Shown here piece after piece: positions 38,222 through 52,153 of a stretch of 64,000 nucleotides of DNA. Source of the stretch: Lama guanicoe (lineage: Eukaryota). The notes beneath the pieces were generated by a model, which made no database searches, was not told the origin of the DNA, and worked only from the letters and a program-made list of their open reading frames with translations. Both the position numbers and the translations under genes were made by a program. Position 1 is the first letter of the stretch. Each line of letters begins with the position of its first letter. The stretch lies in assembly GCA_013239625.1 (NCBI GenBank), contig MU053557.1, forward strand, positions 3,130,123 to 3,194,122, given 5' to 3'.

Positions 38222-39448
38222 CTGGAAGGGGTGGGAGACAGCCAGTGAGTCTGTATTACATATGTGCTGCCCTGGGCTTGGCTTAGATATTCATGGCCCC
38301 TGAGCCTACTCAAGGCTGTGGCTCTGGAGTCAGGGAGGCCTGGGTTCAAGTCCATGTTCCCACCTTTTCTAAGCCTCTGCTTTTCTATCTGCGAAATGGG
38401 AACAATTTTATATTCTGCAGAAGCCACTGGTTGTAAGATGCAGCATCACTGTCAAATTTGGAGGCAAATTAAAATTTGAGGCAAAAGAAAAATATATATA
38501 CTTTGATTTAAGATTGATCCTCATTTCAAAAATGTTAAAATGTGGAATAAATTGGTCCTGGAACTGATGAAATAAGATGACTTCTACTTCTCAGCTTTGT
38601 GAAAATGAGAGGATATGGCATATACAAAGTGTCTGGCCCAAAAGAGATGCTAAATAAATGTGATTTCCTTTCATTTCCCACTCCTTCCCATTATAGGAGC
38701 CCACGTCACTGGGAACTGTTAAATCCTGCCTCTGCAAGGAGATGCTTTGGTTCCACAAAGTAAAACCTGTTCCTGTCAATGACAGGCCTCATGACCTCTT
38801 CCATCATGTTTGTTACTCCTTAACCTAAGGCCAAGAGTAATTTCCTCGTGGACACCCAACAACCTGAGACACAGCAAAGATGAGGCTAGCTTCCTGGACT
38901 CTGTTTGGAATGAGGGGCTTAAATGCCCAAGGAGAGGGGAGGAAGGATACTAGGAAATACACTGATCTAAGCTGAGCTTCTTAAAGAAGGAATAGAGATA
39001 GAGAAGGCAAATGCTGTCTCACAGAAGGTGGGTTGGCACCAAGCTTCTCTGGGCCAGAATCTTGGGCTGAAGATTCCGGGGCAGCCCTGGGCTTCTCCAG
39101 GTTGGCCCGCTTTCTTCCCCATTCAAGTCTCCCATGAGGACAAAGTTTAAGGCTTTCTGGCCAGGATTTCAGGATTTGGCTTGTTTCAACTCCAATTAGT
39201 TGGTTTTGGTTGCCTGGATTTCTGTGTCAGGGAGAATTCTACACGTGCTTCTGATCACCCTATTAGACTCGCAATTGATTTATAATGCCTGCCTTGGGCA
39301 AAAGAAGAAAGCAGCGGCAATGATTCACATAGGACAGTCCTGCTCTTTGGAGCAACAGTGAAAAGGTTCTATACAGGGCTCTCCAAAAATACTGACCAAA
39401 CCAAAGCATACGGGAGCACAAAGAAATGAAGACATAAAAGTTAAGACA

Positions 39449-39873
39449 TTTGTATGTCTTCATTGGAGAAATGCTTATTTAGGTCTTTTGCCCATTTTTG
39501 GATTGGGTTGTTTGCTTTTTTGTTATTTACTTGTATGAGTTGTTTGTACATTCTGGAAACTAAGCCCTTGTCAGTCCCATCATTTGCAAATATTTTCTTC
39601 CATTCCACAGGTTATCTTTTTGTTCTGTTTATAGATTCCTTTGCTGTGCAAAAGCTTACAAGTTTAATTAGGCCCTATTAACTACTATATATAAAACAGA
39701 TACACAAGTTTCAACTGTACAGCACAGGGAACTATATTCAATACCTTGTAGTAACCTATAATGAAAAAGAATATAGAAAGGAATACATGTATATGTGTGA
39801 CTGAAACATTACACTGTACACCTGAAACTGATACAACACTGTAAACTGACTAGACTTCAATTTAAAAAGAAGA
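39449..39873 (+). mobile_element. L1 insertion with 5' inversion
   Basis: Antisense L1 ORF2 piece (39449-~39677) joined to a sense L1 3' end (~39678-39873). TSD-like ataaaagttaagaca/atgaaagttaaaaca. Confidence 0.8.
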
Positions 39874-41329
39874 ATGAAAGTTAAAACAAGCACTCAGGTA
39901 CTAGTAAGAGAAATACAACCTTAAAAGTGGAAGAACTCTCCCTTCGGACTACCTTTAGATTGAGGACTAGAATAGGCAAGGACTGTAATCACACAGTTGG
40001 GTTTGAATACAAGCTCTCCCAGCCAGGAGATCCTGGACAGGACGGGCTTCAGTTTCTTCATCTGAAAAATGGTGACAATAAATGCCAACCTCTCAGGGTT
40101 CTTGGTGAATCCTACACAAGGACAAATTCTCTCTCAGTGCAGGACGTCCAGCTGGTCCTCAGTAAATTGTAATTCCTGAGACTGGTTCTGAGCAGCCATG
40201 CAGAGGTGCCAATGAACACCTGGGGATTAAACACCTGGGGCTGAAATGGTACCCTCGTCAGGAGGGAAGAGTAAACCCCGCCAGACTCTGTCTTCCCGCT
40301 CTGAATGCCGCTGACTCTTTGCCTGAGAATGACAGTTCTCGAGATGTTTACTGGCTTCGATCTCAGCAGCCCTTGTTTTGGTTTATTTTTTTAAATCACT
40401 AAAACAATGCCTCCTTTCCACCCTGGAGACACAGCTGCACCAGTTCTCTGTGCCAGAGTCATGAGCCAGGAGGCTCGGGGTGAGGAATCTTTCTACACGA
40501 AGTTTAAACCCCAGCATATAATCGAAGTGCTCTATCTTTGAGCCCCGGTCATTGGAGAAAGGGTCCCAGGCAGGATGCAGCCATCAGCAGAAGGCACCAG
40601 AGGGTGAATCTGGTCAGTGGTCATGGGGAGACCTTTTCCTTTTCCGTTTTTCTTTCTTTTTTCCCTTCTCCAAGAACGGATAAGGAGCACTGGGCTGCTT
40701 TCCTGCTTCTTTCGGGATGACTCACACCCAGTGGAGCAACCACACCATGTCTTGTGGAGACATTTAAAAGCTGAGAGAAGACAGCAGGCTTACTGGGAGC
40801 AGGGTGAGGCAGGAGGTGCCCCAGAATCGGCCAGCTAGCAAGCCTGTTGGGATAATTAGGAAGACTCCCCTCCCATAAGAAAAGGGTCCCCTTTGCCAGG
40901 AGGCCAGGCAGCCGAACACTCGGGGTCAGTCAGCTGGAACTATTTTTAGGCACCCCAGTCAGTCACACGTGGACTTCTACAGACCAGTTCTGAATGTGGT
41001 AAATGAATCACTCCTCCTGGGCCTCTGCCCCTGCACACAGTGGTAACAATCGGACAGCCAAGCCCACTCACTCCTCTCTTCCAACCAAACACAGAGCCTT
41101 GCACCTCTGGGTCTCCACCACGTTCTGTTCACAAGGGAGCCCATGAGTGTGCCATGGAAGACAAGAATGGAAAGCAGAAAAGAAAGCTTTGAAATGAGGG
41201 TGAACTTTCGCCGAGCAGGAGGTGAGTAAAGGACGCCGGAGTTAACAGCAATGGAGGAAAGACGCAGAAGTCAGAAGACTGTGGGGACAGAGCCTCGGTC
41301 ATGAAGGCCATGCCACTGGTTGTCCTTGG

Positions 41330-41775
41330 AAGACTCATTCAACACCTTTTCTGAAATAACCTGTGTGGCTCAGGGGTGGGACCCCATCCCTGCACCCTGC
41401 CCTCAACCCTGGCCAATCAATTCCACCACAGAGCAGATACTAGTTCAGGGAGGCGCCCATGACCCAAGCCAAGGCAATCACAGCCCTCCTGGGGACTTCT
41501 GCTTGAGCTGTTGGAAAAAATGCCCCCTACCAAATGTGGGGGACAACAGGAGCTCTAGGCATTTATTCTTGTCACCATTCAAACTGACAATAAAGCCAAC
41601 AGAGAGGAAAGCAGAGTCCAGAAAGGAGTAAGAGTGATGGAGCCCTAATATCATTGTTTAGACCCCTTGATCCAGCCACACCTGAAGCACCTTCAACCAA
41701 TAATTTACGTGTTTGTTAAAGTCAGTTTGAGTTGGATCTTTGATTGCTACAGCCAATAAAATCCTGACTAACATG
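41330..41775. mobile_element. Old MaLR (MLT1-type) LTR
   Basis: gttcagggaggcgcccatgacccaagccaaggcaatca...gatccagccacacctgaagc...aaaatcctgactaaca. Confidence 0.6.
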
Positions 41776-42063
41776 CCCATTTAGAAAGCTCAGATAATGT
41801 GAACTGACAATGTAAGATGAAACAAAGGGAAAAAAAGACGTGCCAAGTCACCAAAGAACTGATTCAAGCCATGTCATCTCAGGAAGACCACTAGAGGAAA
41901 TCCCAGGGCCCCACAAGATGCAGAAAGGATCCAAGGGCTAACACAGATGAAGGGCTTCCCAGAGTGCAAGCCATTGAGCAAAATAGGCACCATTTACAGA
42001 GGACAGCCAAGGAGAGGAACCAAAAAAACATGGGGGCTCCAAAGTCTTGGGCGCACAAATCAC

Positions 42064-42184
42064 CTTTTTTCCTGGCTTGCGAGATGAGGTCGGCCGCGCT
42101 CTTGCTCATGACCTTCGTGACGTAGAGAGGACAGTTGGTTTGGCTGGCGATGGTGATGGCACGGAACACAGCCTCAGCTTCCAG
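42064..42184 (-). CDS. DPYSL3: DPYSL3 exon 8: [40 protein letters not shown](G)
   Basis: cag acceptor, gtgatt donor, 121 bp. Confidence 0.98.
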
Positions 42185-42814
42185 CTGCAAAAACAAGCCT
42201 CCGGGAGTCAAGGGGAGCATGAGCCTCCCAGAATGCCACCCTGCTGCCTCCACAAACTGAGAACACAGTGCTGCACAGAGGATCTGGAGTTAGACGCCCG
42301 GGATCCAGAGCTCAGATCTGCAGCTTTCCAGCTGTGATGCTTTGCTTGGCTTCCCAGTGCCTCTGCCCCTCACCTGGGAAGTGGAGATCAGGAGAGGGCA
42401 GCAGGGGACTGCTGTAGGGGAGCAGCGCCTGGCCAGAGTGGGCACTGCATCAAGGTAGCTAGTTTTCCCTTGGTCTATTCGCTCCTTTCCCTGTGATCAT
42501 CACAAAAGCTACAGGTGATGGAAGCCTTTGCCCCCCAAGTCTGTCCAGGACAGAATCTCTGGCAAAACACAATCCCAATGCCAATATGTACAAAATAACT
42601 GGTAAAAGCAATTAGGCATTCGGTCCTTTCCCGCAGCAATGGGTGGTCAGTGTTTGGTTAGTCCCAGCAGGCATTTCTTACACTAATAATTCCCAGACTT
42701 CTCAGCACAAAGACTTCTTCTGTTATCCATATCCCCCAGCCCTCCCTAGTGTGGAATGCCTGTTTTTTAATATGTTAACCAACCCCAATGAATTTAATAA
42801 GTAAGAAATAATGA

Positions 42815-43153
42815 ATGTGGAATCTTAAAAAAAAAATGACACAAGTGAACTTATTTACAAAACAGAAACATACTCACAGACATAGAGAACAAACTTATGG
42901 TTACCAAAGGTGAAAGGGCAGAGGGGAGGGATAAATTAGGAGTTTGGGACCAGCAGATACAAACTACTATATACAAAATAAACAACAAGGTCCCACTGTA
43001 TAGCACAGGGAACTATATTCAATACCTTGTAATGGCCTTTAATGAAAAAGAATATGAAAAATAATATATATGTATAACTGAATCACTATGCTGTATACCA
43101 GAAACTAACACAACATTGTAAATAAACTACATTGCAATAAAAAAATTTTTTAA
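42815..43153 (+). mobile_element. 5'-truncated L1 3' end
   Basis: Same family as 8496-8905. Perfect 12-bp TSD aagaaataatga at 42803-42814 and 43154-43165. Confidence 0.9.
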
Positions 43154-43214
43154 AAGAAATAATGAGTTTTCATTTACTTTATTAACAAAGCAAGATCTTA
43201 AAGCTCAGCTTTGC

Positions 43215-43440
43215 TCATGACCTGGGTCTGAGTTCTGGTTCTGCCACTTAAAAGCTGGGTGATCTCAGAGATGTTCCACAACCTCCCAAAGGCTTAGTTT
43301 CCTTGTCTGTAAAGTGAGGGTAATAACAGGACCGGACACATAGGGCCACTGAGAGGATTAAGTGACTTAATCCTTGTAAGGCAATTAGCCCATCCCGGGA
43401 CAAGGCGAGTGTTCCTTGAAGGCTAGCTACTAGTCTTATT
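43215..43440 (+). mobile_element. MIR SINE
   Basis: ctgggtctgagttctggttctgccactta...ttagtttccttgtctgtaaagtgaggg. Confidence 0.6.
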
Positions 43441-45640
43441 GCTGATGACAGCTTCTGACCAGAGGGAAACAGCCTGCATTTCTACCTAAAGCCCCAATTA
43501 GTCAGCGCAAAGCAGACACGCTGGCATTTTTCCTTTCAATCAGCGACAGTTCCTTTTTGGACGGGTATGACACTCTGGGTTAGCTATGCAGCCCAACTCT
43601 TTTAAAAATACCAAAAACAGCTTGCAGAGAGATGCCCAATGTTTGTATAATGCAAACCAGTCGCTGCCCTTGGTGGGTGTGGCTCTTAAGAACTGGGCTG
43701 GTCCAGCAGACGTCCCTCAGGTTGTGCTATGTTCCATGTGGTGAGACCCTGGACCGAGCACAGGTGAATGCAGGCCACCTCCCTGAGGCACCCAGATGCT
43801 CAGTGGCCGTCTCCATGCCTCTGCTTCAGCTCTCTGCACAGCATCACTCAGGATGCTATCTGGGTGTGCTTTAACCCAAGAGGGGCTACCCATCCTGTGC
43901 CCACTCCTCCCTTTTTATGCCTATGCTGACCACTCCAGCTCCCCCATGACCACAGTCCTGGCCCGTCTGATCTCATTCTGCCCCCACCTCCTGCAGGGTT
44001 TTAAGCACCTTGACAACATGACTATCTTTGGAAGGTTACATCACCCTCCAACTTCACCCAAAAGGGCTTCCAGGGTTGTCGAGATCTGCAGCTGAGAGGC
44101 TTTCTACTAAAAAGGAGACGGGAACAGGGAGGAGTAGGGTGGGGGGGTTGGAAAAACAAACCAAGGGACAAAAATAGACTTTGCTCAGAAATCCCCTGGC
44201 TGCCACCGAAGAAATCTATCTTGCCAGCACATCTCTACAGTGACCGGCATTTCAGAGAAGTTTCACAAACAGTGCTGATCACCCTGGCAGACTCACACCG
44301 GGTAAACAGCTTCCCAGTCCTTCGAACTGAGGGCCAGTGTCTTCATCCCTCTGAGCTCCAGCTGCTCCACATAATAACACCCACTACCCAGACTGGGGCA
44401 AGGAGAATGTTTCTCTCTGCTAAATGCAACGAGCGCAGTACAGGGTAGAAGCAAGTATTCCAGGGAAGGCATTAAGGAGACAGACTTTGCAGGACTGCTG
44501 TGACTGTATCCTTGCGGACAAAATGATAAATCATTTCAACCAGCAACAAAAAACATCATTTAACACAATGGAGTCTGGGGTGCTGGGGTGCTGACGACGT
44601 CCTGTTTCTCCATCTGGGAACTAGTTACACAGTGTGCTTACTTTGGGAAAGTCACTGTGCCTTTATGGTTGGACGACTTTTCTCTATGCACATTACGTTT
44701 TCATTTTTAACAAGATCCTAACACAGAGGGGGCAACGGGAAGACTGTCGTTTCTGGTCCTGGCTGCTGCTTCTACCTGCTGCACAGTGTGGGGCTTGGGA
44801 TGAGAACAGGAAAGGGTTCGCTTTGCTGGCACGGAGGGTCTGGAATTTGCTCCAGGTGCCAGACCCAGGCTGGTCTCCCAAAGCCACTGTGCTCCCAGCC
44901 ATGCGGGCAGCCGGCCCCCAGCTCTATGCCTGTGCCAGCCGCCGAGGCTGCTGACATCCCAGACACATGGCATCAGCCACTAGTGACCGTTCATTCGTAC
45001 CTAAGTTGCTCAGCACAGATACTCACCAGCGTTCATCTCACACGTGGGCAAAACTTCCACACCTGGGTGTCACTGTCACCTCACACCAATCAGTGGATGG
45101 CGTGCCTATGACAAACCTATTCAGCCTCCCAGAGATACGGCTGATATTTTGCAGGGCTTCAAATATCATACGGATCAAGGGAACAGACAGGAATGTCTCT
45201 GAGATTCCTGGTGACTAAAGAAGGACTTAGATATTTACCGCTCCTACTAAGTGTGGAGTGCCCTCCAACTTGGATTCTCTTTAAAGAGACTGGGGGTCGG
45301 AAGTAAGCATTTCCCTTCCATTTCTTTCTAATTTTTTCAGAGGCCTTGAGTTGGGCCCATCAGATGTGACTTCTGGAAGAAACGTTCCAATGCCTGCCTG
45401 GTATTCCAAGGGTCCCACCACCTTGCAGCAAGGTGTGTTCATAAGCTGTGCATGTGTGTGCCAAGAAACGGGATGCTGAACCCAAACACTGCGATGTAAA
45501 ATGAGCAGTGGGCTGGAAGCCAGGCTGCTGAGGACTGAGATAACGGAGGTCTCCTGGAAGATGCTGCGAACCAAGAGCGCCCCCATCGCGACAGCTTCTT
45601 GCCCTGCACCCCTCCCCCACCCCAGCCCCCTGCAAATTAC

Positions 45641-45709
45641 CTCCTCTGGTCTGCTCAGCACATGGCCTTCTGGGCCAGTTATCCCCATTTCCAACATCCG
45701 GGTTTGCTC
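45641..45709 (-). CDS. DPYSL3: DPYSL3 exon 7: EQTRMLEMGITGPEGHVLSRPEE
   Basis: tag acceptor, gtaatt donor, 69 bp. Confidence 0.97.
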
Positions 45710-48700
45710 CTAGAATGAGAAAAGAAGACAGAAGAGCTTTTAGATGAACTCAACTGAGGTTTGGAAAAGTCACACTGGTATATTCTCATCTAAAGATGTG
45801 TTCAAGGGGAAAAACAATGAATGAAATGTGAATGTCAAACGCATTTGTTAATCCTGTATCTGGAATTGCAAAACAGGGGAGAATCTTAACTGAAAGAGGA
45901 AAGGAGCATTTAAGGGTGGCTTTTTATTAAAAGGATGACATTCTGTCAGAATATCAATTTTTTTCCTACATTCCACATCAGAAGTCACACCAGTTCACTC
46001 ATTTTTCATTTCCTTCAGAGGCAGATACTTCTGAAAGTACACTTGCTTAACTCATCTGTTTGTTCATTCAAACATTTTAAAACCCATTCATCCCACAAAA
46101 CATACTGAGTACCTGCTTCCTGCTGGGCCCTAGGTTAAGTACTTGAACTAGGGCAATGAGGCCCCGGAATTCACAGAGCTTGCAGTTTCCCACTCTGTTT
46201 CCCAAAGTCTGATCCACTGGCTGCATCTGAATCCCCTGGGCTGCTTTTCTAACAGTGGTGATGTCTGGCCCTATCCAGGCCTATCAAATTAGAATATTTA
46301 AGGCAAAACTCTAGGATTCTGCATTTTAATAAGGCCCTCAAGGCTTTTTCATGCCGTAAATGCCTGGCTTTAGTAAGTAGATTCAGGATTTAACCAGACT
46401 AAATAAGGCCTCTAAGCAGCATGACCTGAGTTAGCCCTTTGGTCAAATTCTGTGTAACTAGGTTGCAGATGTGGTGATCTGTCTAATTCCTCGAGGCTGA
46501 TGGCTCAATTCCTCAGATCGGGCCAGCTTTCTGGAAGAAGCAGGTGGCTGGGCTGGGAACGCCCGCGGGGGCTAATGGGACTTGGCACACGTCCTCAGTC
46601 CCAGATCTCCAGTTCTGCAGGCTTCACGCTCAAGCAGCGAGGACAGTTCTTAGGAACCTCGTGCCGGGGTTTCTGGAGATGAAGGCGGGTGAGCTGAACC
46701 AGGCCTTGTCTCACTTGGGAAACTATGAGATGTTTCAAAAGGAAGGGATTCTCTGGAAAAGAGGAACTCTTTTGTTGTTGTTGGTTTGTTTTTAATTATG
46801 TAAATTTTTAAAGGAGGGGGAGGAAGACGTCTGTACTGCACCCACGAGAAGCTGAATGGTCACTGCCTCAGCTCCACAGAGCTTGACAAAAGGCTGATAC
46901 TTCCAGCAAGGCGCCTCCACTTTTCATTCCTCCTGCTCCACGTATCGAAGCTTGGATTAAATATAATTTCTTCCAAACTCGGGTAAGTTTCCACTCTGAA
47001 CTGCCAGCTGAAGTCACACAAGGGTTGGTGTTCAGTTAAAGTGTCTTCTGTCTGACATGACACTCTCTTGTTGAAAAGCGCAGGGACCACGCACAGGATG
47101 ACACTCACTCGAGCAGTGGGTCTCCGAGCACATTCAAGTCACCAGGGCAACTTTTCCAAAGTACACTTGACCAAGCTCGACTCTGACCTCCCAAATCAGG
47201 ATTTCCGGAACTCGCAGAAGCTCAGGGATTGTTCATTAAGCTCCATGGGTGATTCTAGTGCACGGCTCATGTTGGGAAGGTCTGTTCTCAAAGCTGTGAT
47301 GTCCCTACAGCTGGAAGATTAAGAATGGGGCAGTAAAGACCCACAGATGCCCCGTGACATGGGTAAGGGAGGTGTGAGCACTGATCACCACTGTAATTCC
47401 ATCAGTTTGGGTCACGGCACAATTCTGTTTGCTCCATGAGGAAAAGAACTCCATCTTTTTCACCTCCCCTCTCCAAGGCTTAGCACAGCATAGGCACTCA
47501 GTAGCTATCTGTTAGATGAATGGCCAAAGATGCCGTGCTATCAGACTGCCCTGCCAGCTTGAAATTTTTGAAAATGTCCCTTGTCGCTCTTTAGTCACTC
47601 TGCATAAAGCGCATCAAGAAACTCCGAGTTACAGCACCTGCCTTCATTTAAACAAGGTGATAAAATCTTTCAGCCTGAGCTGAATTTAATACACACACAC
47701 AAGAAACTCATCCAAATGGAAAAATGCTCTTACTCTTTTCCTGAGAACAGAGCTTTCCAAGGTAGGGAGAGGTTGGGAGTGGGGAAAACCAGATACACTT
47801 CGGTCCTAAGGGGCCAGGAGAGGAAGCTGGAAAAGGGCTGTGAGCTGGAGCCCGCGGCCTCCATAGAGTCTAGGGTGAGGATGCAGGCAGTGTGGCTGTT
47901 AGGGCGTCTGAAGGGAGGGCAAGGGCGTCTGACTGCTACACTGAAACCTTGCAGAAAGCGGAGGAGTGACAGCTCCACCCCACTGGGACGCCTCCCGTGG
48001 GAGGAAGGCATTTGGACCCTCTTTGGAAAATGATTTCATCATCTGGACGTGGGAGAAGGCTGTCAGGGGCCTAACTAATTAACCTCCTTGGTCATAAGCG
48101 CACGGAAACTGCACATTCAGCCATTCAGCTCACCTCCTCCACTAGGGAGACGACATTTAGAGTCTGAAAACCTGTAACAGCTGGAGCTGCACAGCTGGAG
48201 CACCGCCTCTCCGGGAGCCCGCAGCTGAACCGGCGGGGCCCAGGGTCTTTGACGCACCATCTCTGGGTAAAGATGCCCACGGAGACCTATCACCTTAGAC
48301 GCTAAGGTCCTGTTCTCCCAGGTCCTGGCTGTGATCCCTGGGCCAGTGACCTCATCCTTCAGAGCCTCGATGTTCTCATGGATCAACCGAGGAGGATGGG
48401 CGGCATCTCGAAAGGGCGGGGTGAAGAAGAGATGGGAACACACAAGAGCCTGGACCAGGGCCTGGCTCACCGCAGTCAGGGCTCACCACATGAGACCTGG
48501 GGTTCGAAGCCGATGGGTTTGAGATGAGGGTCAGCCTCATCACGTACCCACAACCCTGCCAACCACATTGGCCAAGCCCCGGACAACTTCTACAATGAAG
48601 GTACATCCCGAGTATTGGAGAGCCATGGAAAGCACTTGTTTTGGGGTACCTCTGTAGCCTCGTGTCTGGCACAAGGCGCTCAGGAAATACTCATTGAAAG

Positions 48701-49448
48701 AATGAATAACGGGTTCTTGCTATGAATGTCATCAAATGGACTAAGAGAGCCGACATTCTGCTGGCTGCCTCCTCCTAGCAGAGGCCAATCCTGCGTGCTT
48801 CTGCGATAAACCAAATCCTGGAGAAGACACATCTGCGCACCTAGTCCATTAAGCAACTCAGGAGATGGAGAGAGAAGAGCTTTCTGCTTCCATATAAATA
48901 GTCAATTTGGGCCTCGGGGCCCTCGCTGTCACCACTCTTTCCTCAGGTTTCTCAACATGATTTCAAGGAAGCCAGCAGGACGTCTGATCCCCACAAGACC
49001 TGAATTCTTTACTACCTAAGGCCAGGAGTTCCGCAGTCCTGGGTCACATTTCTGGCTTCTAAGAAATGCCGCTTTAGGGTTTTTCTTTAAGACGGAGAAT
49101 GTCATGTAGCTTAGATTCATTTTCAAAACTGAATCAGCGATGCTCTCCCACTAAATGTCCCAGTTTGAAAACCTCCTTTTGCAAGATGCCTCTTCTGACT
49201 CCCCAGAATGCCAGACTGCTCCGTTTAAAGCATCCTCCCTCTCTCCCTCGCTTGTCTCTGTTTGCCATCATTTTGCATCCTCCTAGACTGTGAGGTCCTT
49301 GAAGGCAGGTTCTGTTTTTAACAGAGTACTTATAACGGGGCCTCGCACATCCAGAGAACCCCGGCAACACTGAAGAAATGAGAAAATAAATGGGATGCAG
49401 ACCCTCGCGCGAGCACAGAGCGCACTCCAGGGAGCTGCACCGTGTTAC

Positions 49449-49529
49449 CTGGGCAATGATATCCCCATTCTCAGCGTGCACCTGAGCGATGGCTCCCAGC
49501 TCTCCCAGACAGGTGAAGATCTCATAGAG
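49449..49529 (-). CDS. DPYSL3: DPYSL3 exon 6: LYEIFTCLGELGAIAQVHAENGDIIAQ
   Basis: cag acceptor, gtaaca donor, 81 bp, VHAENG motif. Confidence 0.97.
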
Positions 49530-50438
49530 CTGAAACAGAAATGAGTCTGTCACCTTCACAAAACGCGGTGCTTTTAGCAATCTCATGCAAGGGCCAATGA
49601 CTAGAGCCAGAACTAAAACAAATGGGATCGGCCAGAGTAAATAAGTGACCAGGGCAGAAATACAGACTAAAACATTTAGGACCAGAGTGGAGTGCTAGTG
49701 CAAAGGAACCCTAGGAAAGTGTCTATATCAGGACCCTCTCGTGTCTCCTCGGCAGACAGGGCACACAGCTAACAAAGTACTACTGAGCCCTCTACTCTGC
49801 CTCCTGCACACATTTGAAATGGAATTATTGCCCTGTGAGCTCAGATAGAACTTCAGAATCCTTCTTAACACATACTGCTGAAAGCCACTGCAGCCTGGCC
49901 ATGAGCTCACTCAAAAGCTGAAACCTCCATCTCTTAGCCTCTTAAGGCAGACATCCCTTTATCTCCTAGCCAGGAGTTATGGGAATTAATTTTTTCTATT
50001 TCTTCTGAAAAAGATGAGATTTGTCTAAAATAAACACACCCCATGAATTCTGTAGGGTAAGTCAGAGCCAAGCTGGTACGATTCCCCCAAAAGGCAGAAG
50101 ACCCACCTCAATCCCATAAGGCTGAGCACTCACACTCCGACTGAGTGCACGAGGGATGTGGAGCGTGCACAGCAGATGGAGATTTAGATACGCCCTTCCT
50201 CTTGTCCTTTTGAGAAAGCTGCTCCAGTGGAAATTCTAGCTCCCCGTCTGCCTTGCCATGGGCACCCTGCCCGTTCCCTTATTTAAAATGTAGTGTGGAC
50301 CACAAGGACTTCAAGAAACACTCTTGCCCATCAGCCTCCCACACTCACCACCGTGACTCAGGTTCAAAGAGCTAAGGTCACTGGAAACAAGAGGAAAGCC
50401 AACCAGATACCCCACACCACACAGCGAAGGGTCGTTAC

Positions 50439-50500
50439 CTCTGTGTTGGACACCTGATACAAATCCTTGTAGGCCATGTAAACCATGAAGGAGTTCACTC
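50439..50500 (-). CDS. DPYSL3: DPYSL3 exon 5: (G)VNSFMVYMAYKDLYQVSNTE
   Basis: cag acceptor, gtaacg donor, 62 bp. Confidence 0.97.
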
Positions 50501-51995
50501 CTGCGAGAGAGACGGGAAGGAAGACAACATTATCACCACCCTGCTGCGTCCTATCCTATTGCATCGCCCCCAGGGCCCCGGTGCATCGCAGGCTCCCGCC
50601 CAATGCAATGCGGATGCTTCCCACTCTCCAAGAGAGGTTTTCTGTTTCGTCCTCCACCCCGTAAAATCGACAAATCCCACGACGTCAGAGCAGAATGGTC
50701 TCTTCTTCTGCCTCTCTTTCCTGCCTCCCATCTTCCACCATCCCCCATCCCAGAGGGCCAACCAGCTTCAATACTGCTTAAGGGTAAGACCCAGCACCGA
50801 GAATCACCCCAGCACATGTGTCGTGTACCCACAGGGTGCAGGCTAGTGGGGGGCACCCCATGCCAGGGTAGTAAGCTTAGAACACATAACTTCATGAGCC
50901 TCAGTTTCCCCACCTGTAAAATGGAAAAATAACACTAGCCTGCTTCGTCAGGTGGTTGGACACCTTCAGTGAGATAACACATGTAGAGCTCTCAGCACTG
51001 GGACTGGCACAAGGCTGACCTCCGGGGGTCACAGTTTGTGAGCGTCTGCTATCTACACTGGGCCTGGGCGGGGGGTTGGGGCTGAGAGAGAACTGAAACC
51101 GAACTTCTGTCCTCGGGGAAGCAACAGAGCTGCTGGGCAGAAGTCAAGGTTCACCTTGTGCTCAAATATCTAAGTCAGCAGGGTTATAAGGAACAAGCCA
51201 TTTACTTTCTCCCCCCAAATATACTATTAACAGAGTAATTTACAGAAATCAGTGGGACAGGGGAACAGACGATCATTTTGAGGAAAGGAGGGTAATTTTG
51301 GTCTCCAACCATTAGGGCCATCTCAGCCCACAGGCTTCCACGCCAAAAGCGGATGGTAATTTGAGAACTTCCTTACCCAGAAAGGCTCAACTTGGGGCAG
51401 CTGTTCCCAACACCGCCCTTCCCCCGAGCCTCTGTGTCATCTGGGGAATGACCCAGGCCCTTCGGAAGGGCAGGGATATTAGAGCCATTCAATTTTCTAC
51501 CCTAGTTGAGGTGCCCAGTGTGAGAGGGGACACAAGAAAGAAGGGAGGGGTTAATCTCACACTGAATCAGGGAGGACGGGGCAGAGCCTGTGGGGTGTGG
51601 AGGAGGGTGGGAAGGAGAATTCATCCTCTGGGAAGTCATCCTCCCTCCCCCCGATCCTGAGCACCTTGCCTCCACTGCACTCCTGGTGTTTGAACGAGAC
51701 TGCTCTCTGATAATCGTATTATAAAATTAGTGTTATAATAAGGAGTATTATAATAATTATTATAGTATTAGTACTTGTACCATAGTACTAGAACTTGCAT
51801 TACAGCATAATTAGTCTTAAAATATTCCTATTATAATAATACTCTGTGTCTCGCGGCATTGATCCTGTTGCTCTTCACTGGCCTGATTCCTTCTTTCATG
51901 GACACTTGGCAGGAGCCATTCCTTATACTTCCCTGTGTCCCCCAGGCTGCCCTGGGATGCTGAGCATGTCGCATGTCTGGGTGCACATATGGGTT

Positions 51996-52032
<37 letters not shown>

Positions 52033-52122
52033 GCAAAATAGCTGACGATCAGAACATAGAAAGGAGAGCAGAGAAGAATCTAAAAAGACAGCGGGAACCT
52101 AAGTTGTGTACTCAGGGAGAGG

Positions 52123-52150
<28 letters not shown>
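51996..52150. repeat. Compound microsatellites (TG)n(GA)n at 51996-52032 and (AC)14 at 52123-52150
   Basis: Read directly from the sequence. Confidence 0.95.

Positions 52151-52153
<3 letters not shown>

Noticed and set aside
39454..39681. 75-aa [18 protein letters not shown]...
   Set aside because: Familiar antisense L1 translation artefact.
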